Source: Bdellovibrionales bacterium (GTDB taxonomy: Bacteria; Bdellovibrionota; Bdellovibrionia; Bdellovibrionales; UBA1609). From it: a stretch of 64,000 nt of DNA. The notes beneath the pieces were generated by a model. The model saw nothing but the letters and a program-made list of their open reading frames with translations. It was not told where the DNA came from and did no database searches. Both the position numbers and the translations under genes were made by a program. Shown piece after piece: positions 60,520-64,000 of the stretch (the first letter of the stretch is position 1; every line of letters starts with the position of its first letter). The stretch spans positions 512,001 to 576,000 of the forward strand of contig CBDHDF010000010.1 of the NCBI GenBank assembly GCA_965261545.1, given 5' to 3'.

Positions 60520-61765
60520 GAATACCAATCACACAACCGGTGCAGCAAGTGGCTAACAGACCTGCCACCAAACTCTTCCAAGCCAGTCCAAGGATTTCCT
60601 TACGCCGCTCTGGTATGAGCACAGTCAAACCACCCACCATAATGCCAAGCCCTCCAAAGTTGGCAAAACCGCACATGGCATAAACCAGAATGAGGCGGCT
60701 GCGTTCCCCCAAACTGCCCTCGGGCAACTGAGCCAGCTCCGCGTAAGAAACCAATTCGTTGAGTACAACCTTGGTGGCCATCAATCGACCTGCCTCAGCA
60801 CACTCCGCCCAGGGGATCCCCATCAACCAGCAAAGAGGGATCATCACCAAACCTAGAATTCGCTGCAAAGTGATGGCTCCACCGGCCACATGGGGCAACA
60901 AGCCAAGCAGATCATTGGCCAAGTGAACAAGGGCGACCAGCGAAATCAGCATGGCAATAATGAGAAGCACCATATTGAGCCCCTGCTGCGTGCCCACAGA
61001 CAAAGCCTCCATGGCACTTGATGTTTCCCGTAGTGGCAGATGACTACGAAGTTGAAGTGATTCTCCATCATTGACCGGCACCATCAAAAGAGCGATGGCG
61101 ATGGCAGCAGGGGCACTGATCACCGAGGCAATCAAAAGTTGGCCAGTGGCATTGGGCAAAACGGACGTTAGGATGCCAGCGTAAAGGACAAAAACGGAAC
61201 CGGCGATAGTAGCCATCCCGGTGGTCATCAAAACAAACAACTCACTACGGCTGAAATACTTGAGATAGGGGCGAACGAAGAGTGGTGCTTCAGTCATGCC
61301 AATGAAGATATTGGCAGCACTCGCCAAACCAATGGCACCACCAATGCGAAAGCTTCGCTCCAACACGAAGCCCATAATCTTCACAATCCAGGGTAGAATT
61401 CGCCAGTGGGTGAGCAACGAAGTCAATGCACTTGTCACCAAAACAATGGGAAGAACTTGGAAAGCTAAAATAAAAGTGGCACTGGCCTGAATTTCTGCAA
61501 AAGGCAGTGGCCCACCCCCCAGATAGCCAAAAACCATACTGGTGCCCTGGCGAGTGGCCATCTCCATGCTAGTGACAACATGCCCTAGGGAAGCCACCAT
61601 ATCTGCAATCAAAGGCACCTTGAGGAATACCAAGGCGAGAACCAACTGGAGGGCAATGCTGGCCAAAGCAATTTTCCAGGCTTCAAGCCGTCGCTTCTCC
61701 CCCATAGCCCAAGCCAGGACAAGTAGCACAACCAAGCCTAAGGCACTCTGTAACTCTGGCATCAC
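60512..61765 (-). CDS. NupC/NupG family concentrative nucleoside transporter
   Basis: Motifs ANIFIGMTEAP, GMATIAGSV, NELVSY and CGFANFG. Confidence 0.92.
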   Translation of the reverse strand: MMPELQSALGLVVLLVLAWAMGEKRRLEAWKIALASIALQLVLALVFLKVPLIADMVASLGHVVTSMEMATRQGTSMVFGYLGGGPLPFAEIQASATFILAFQVLPIVLVTSALTSLLTHWRILPWIVKIMGFVLERSFRIGGAIGLASAANIFIGMTEAPLFVRPYLKYFSRSELFVLMTTGMATIAGSVFVLYAGILTSVLPNATGQLLIASVISAPAAIAIALLMVPVNDGESLQLRSHLPLRETSSAMEALSVGTQQGLNMVLLIIAMLISLVALVHLANDLLGLLPHVAGGAITLQRILGLVMIPLCWLMGIPWAECAEAGRLMATKVVLNELVSYAELAQLPEGSLGERSRLILVYAMCGFANFGGLGIMVGGLTVLIPERRKEILGLAWKSLVAGLLATCCTGCVIGILS

Positions 61766-61879
61766 CTCGATTCTCCTTTCTCTTAAAGAATGAAGTTGAT
61801 AAGGCTCTGCTACTATAATTGATTCTGATGGCTATGGCGACCCTAAAATGGATCACCCTGAAGATGTCTCACTGGCAAC

Positions 61880-63496
61880 TCATTCCTCTTGGGGGGGGGG
61901 AGTGTACTGGCGAAAAGTCTCACCACCCACCTTAAGACCTATGAAAGGATCTCGTCCCAATTTTTGCACGCTGTACTTGAGAATACCTATATTGCCAGGA
62001 TCAGGTTGCAACACTTGGATATAGTAAACGAGCACGGCGTTTTCCTTGGCCTCATGCTCAAGACCCGCCAATGTGTGGCCAGCCTTAACAGTCAGTGTTT
62101 CATACATAGGTAACACCGTTTGTTCAAAGACGTAACACTCCCTTGACAAGTCATCTATGGGCGTCAGACTTGTATCATAGGCTATGACATCAGAATCTTT
62201 GAACCAGGGGTTTCTATGATCCTTAATTTGCACAAGAACACTTTCTTCACCATCGGGATTATCCTTGAGATTTTCACTATCAAGAGCTGCTGTGTAGCGA
62301 GTTGTCCTCCCTGTGCTTTGGGATGCAAAATAAACAAAAGTTTCAACTCCATCCAATATTCCGTCTCTATCTGTATCAAAAACTTCGGGATTCCCCTTTG
62401 TCATACGGCTGTCCTTGCTAGAACGATTTTCAAGTTCATCCTCCTCACACTTTGTCAATAAGTCAAAGTCCTGGTCTGAACGATCATGGCATGGAGTCAA
62501 TGATTTTCCTGGGTATCTAAAGCGCAGCCAATGAAAAAAATCTCCATAGCCATCTCCAAAGCTAAAACGATTGGCGGGGTCAAAAGATTTTCCCTCTTGA
62601 CTTAATTCCTCAGCATATAAGTTGTTCATTGCAATTTCATCGCGATCACACATTCCATCTACATCTGAATCCACATCGATCTTACCGTCCAAACAAAACC
62701 CAGCATTGAGATTATAAACTAAAAATTCCTTAAGACTCCATGGAATCACGTCGCCAGTGACAATCAGTTGATCAAAATCCCAACTTTCATCATCTTCAAA
62801 ATTGACAAAATGACCACGTCCCGCACTCGCCATATCTTCCAGTCGCTGAATAGCATCTTCACTTCCCCTTCCATAGTAGGCTGAACTTAGATAAATGGGG
62901 CGTCCTTTTGTGTTGATAAGACTGGAGACTTGGGAGTTAGTATTGCCATCTTGGGGCTCTCCATCTGAAATAAAGAATATGACATATCCTGAAGATTCAT
63001 TGGGATACTTAAGAACGTCATCTTCAATGGCTTGCTTGACCATATTGAGGGCTGGCTTGTAATTTGTATTACCACGGTAGGGATTTTGACGAATCTCATC
63101 GCTCGCCGACTTCACTTCATTGAGATCTTTTGTGAAAATAGCCCTATTGCTATCTCCTTCCTCATTGATAAGAGCCACGGGGCTATCGTCGAATAAGATG
63201 ATTCCGTACTGATAACCTTCTTGTTGAGAAAGTCCATCCACAAAATTGTCAATATTATCAGCACGCTTAAGCCCATATGGATCTGTGCTGGCGTTGCTTC
63301 CTGAAACATCCACAACAAACATAACTTTTGTGTCACCCTCGATTTCCACAGGGTCTACAATACAAAAACTATCTTCTGATGTGATAGAAAGAGCCTCTGG
63401 AGACTCTGGAGTTAAACTCACATTGAGACAGCCGCTAAGCCAGAGAGCAAAGAAACTCAAAAAAATTCGTAAAATGGCTCGCCCAATCATGGCCAT
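61880..63496 (-). CDS. VWA-domain lipoprotein with Ca-binding DxDxDG repeats (MtsD-like)
   Basis: Lipobox LSGC, MIDAS DVSGS...T...SDG, and repeats DSDVDG, DQDFDL, DTDRDG. Confidence 0.8.
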   Translation of the reverse strand: MAMIGRAILRIFLSFFALWLSGCLNVSLTPESPEALSITSEDSFCIVDPVEIEGDTKVMFVVDVSGSNASTDPYGLKRADNIDNFVDGLSQQEGYQYGIILFDDSPVALINEEGDSNRAIFTKDLNEVKSASDEIRQNPYRGNTNYKPALNMVKQAIEDDVLKYPNESSGYVIFFISDGEPQDGNTNSQVSSLINTKGRPIYLSSAYYGRGSEDAIQRLEDMASAGRGHFVNFEDDESWDFDQLIVTGDVIPWSLKEFLVYNLNAGFCLDGKIDVDSDVDGMCDRDEIAMNNLYAEELSQEGKSFDPANRFSFGDGYGDFFHWLRFRYPGKSLTPCHDRSDQDFDLLTKCEEDELENRSSKDSRMTKGNPEVFDTDRDGILDGVETFVYFASQSTGRTTRYTAALDSENLKDNPDGEESVLVQIKDHRNPWFKDSDVIAYDTSLTPIDDLSRECYVFEQTVLPMYETLTVKAGHTLAGLEHEAKENAVLVYYIQVLQPDPGNIGILKYSVQKLGRDPFIGLKVGGETFRQYTPPPQEE

Positions 63497-64000
63497 TCCT
63501 TTCCATTATAACACAATCCCTGAAAGCCAGGATGAGTTGTGAACAAGATTCAGATGCCAAAATTTATCTGCTAGAATTTATCTACCAAAATTTATCTTCT
63601 AGGATTCATCAATGATGAAGTCTTACTTCTCTTAATATCCTAATAAAAGCAATTATGGGGCCAAGTAGCCAAATTATAAACTCAAGTTTTCTTAGGTATT
63701 TAAGAAAAAAAGAAGATAGAATTTTTAATGAAAATTGTATAGTGAGAGATTTGTAAAAGAATTTTTACTAAAATAAAAGAAATTAATAAAAAAATTTCCT
63801 ATCCTATGGACTTTCCCGAGCACATCCATATTAATCACACCCATGATTATTAATAAATAATAATCGAAGAAGAGTGGCTCTCAATATTAGAAGGACTCCG
63901 AACCTTAGACTCCTTCTGCATCGAATCTTGTTGTTTTTCCACCATTTGAGTCTTTTTTGTCTCAGTTTCACCTTCATGAAGCTCCCCAAGGGTATTAAGG

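Overview
Bacterial genomic DNA, probably from a Bdellovibrionota/Oligoflexia-like organism. This is an inference from FQNC-type lipoproteins, BspA/DUF285 surface proteins, an MtsD-like VWA lipoprotein and paired ArsA-like ATPases. The window has two parts. Part 1 (1-22067) is a nested pile of mobile elements whose junctions can be read at base resolution from terminal inverted repeats (TIRs) and target-site duplications (TSDs). It holds a three-gene TGT...ACA transposon (Zn-ribbon protein, TnsB/Mu-like DDE integrase, ExeA/TnsC-like AAA ATPase) with a densely base-paired non-coding right end. It also holds two IS21 elements (one with non-canonical CCCG...CGGG termini), two IS110 copies in mirror image with bridge-RNA-like leaders, a 594-bp MITE, and five different IS4-family elements or ends. 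One IS4 element carries a SEC-C passenger gene and one is a DUF4338-transposase fusion. Two others have transposase frames that lack a start codon and begin at a shared 21-nt motif. Swapped TSDs show that 3009-19543 was inverted between two inverted IS4 copies. The right edge of the pile truncates a BspA gene. Part 2 (22068-64000) is mostly core genome: BspA proteins, waaA, rnhA, mgtE, recO, yggS, M23 peptidase, HD hydrolase, LMW-PTP, acuI/yhdH, tRNA-Met, a bioB-bioF-bioD-(ferritin-like)-bioA operon with no bioC/bioH/bioW, two ArsA-like ATPases, phospholipase D, a proXVW-like transporter, nupC and a VWA lipoprotein. Many of these core genes carry short in-frame tandem duplications. No CRISPR array or rRNA was seen.
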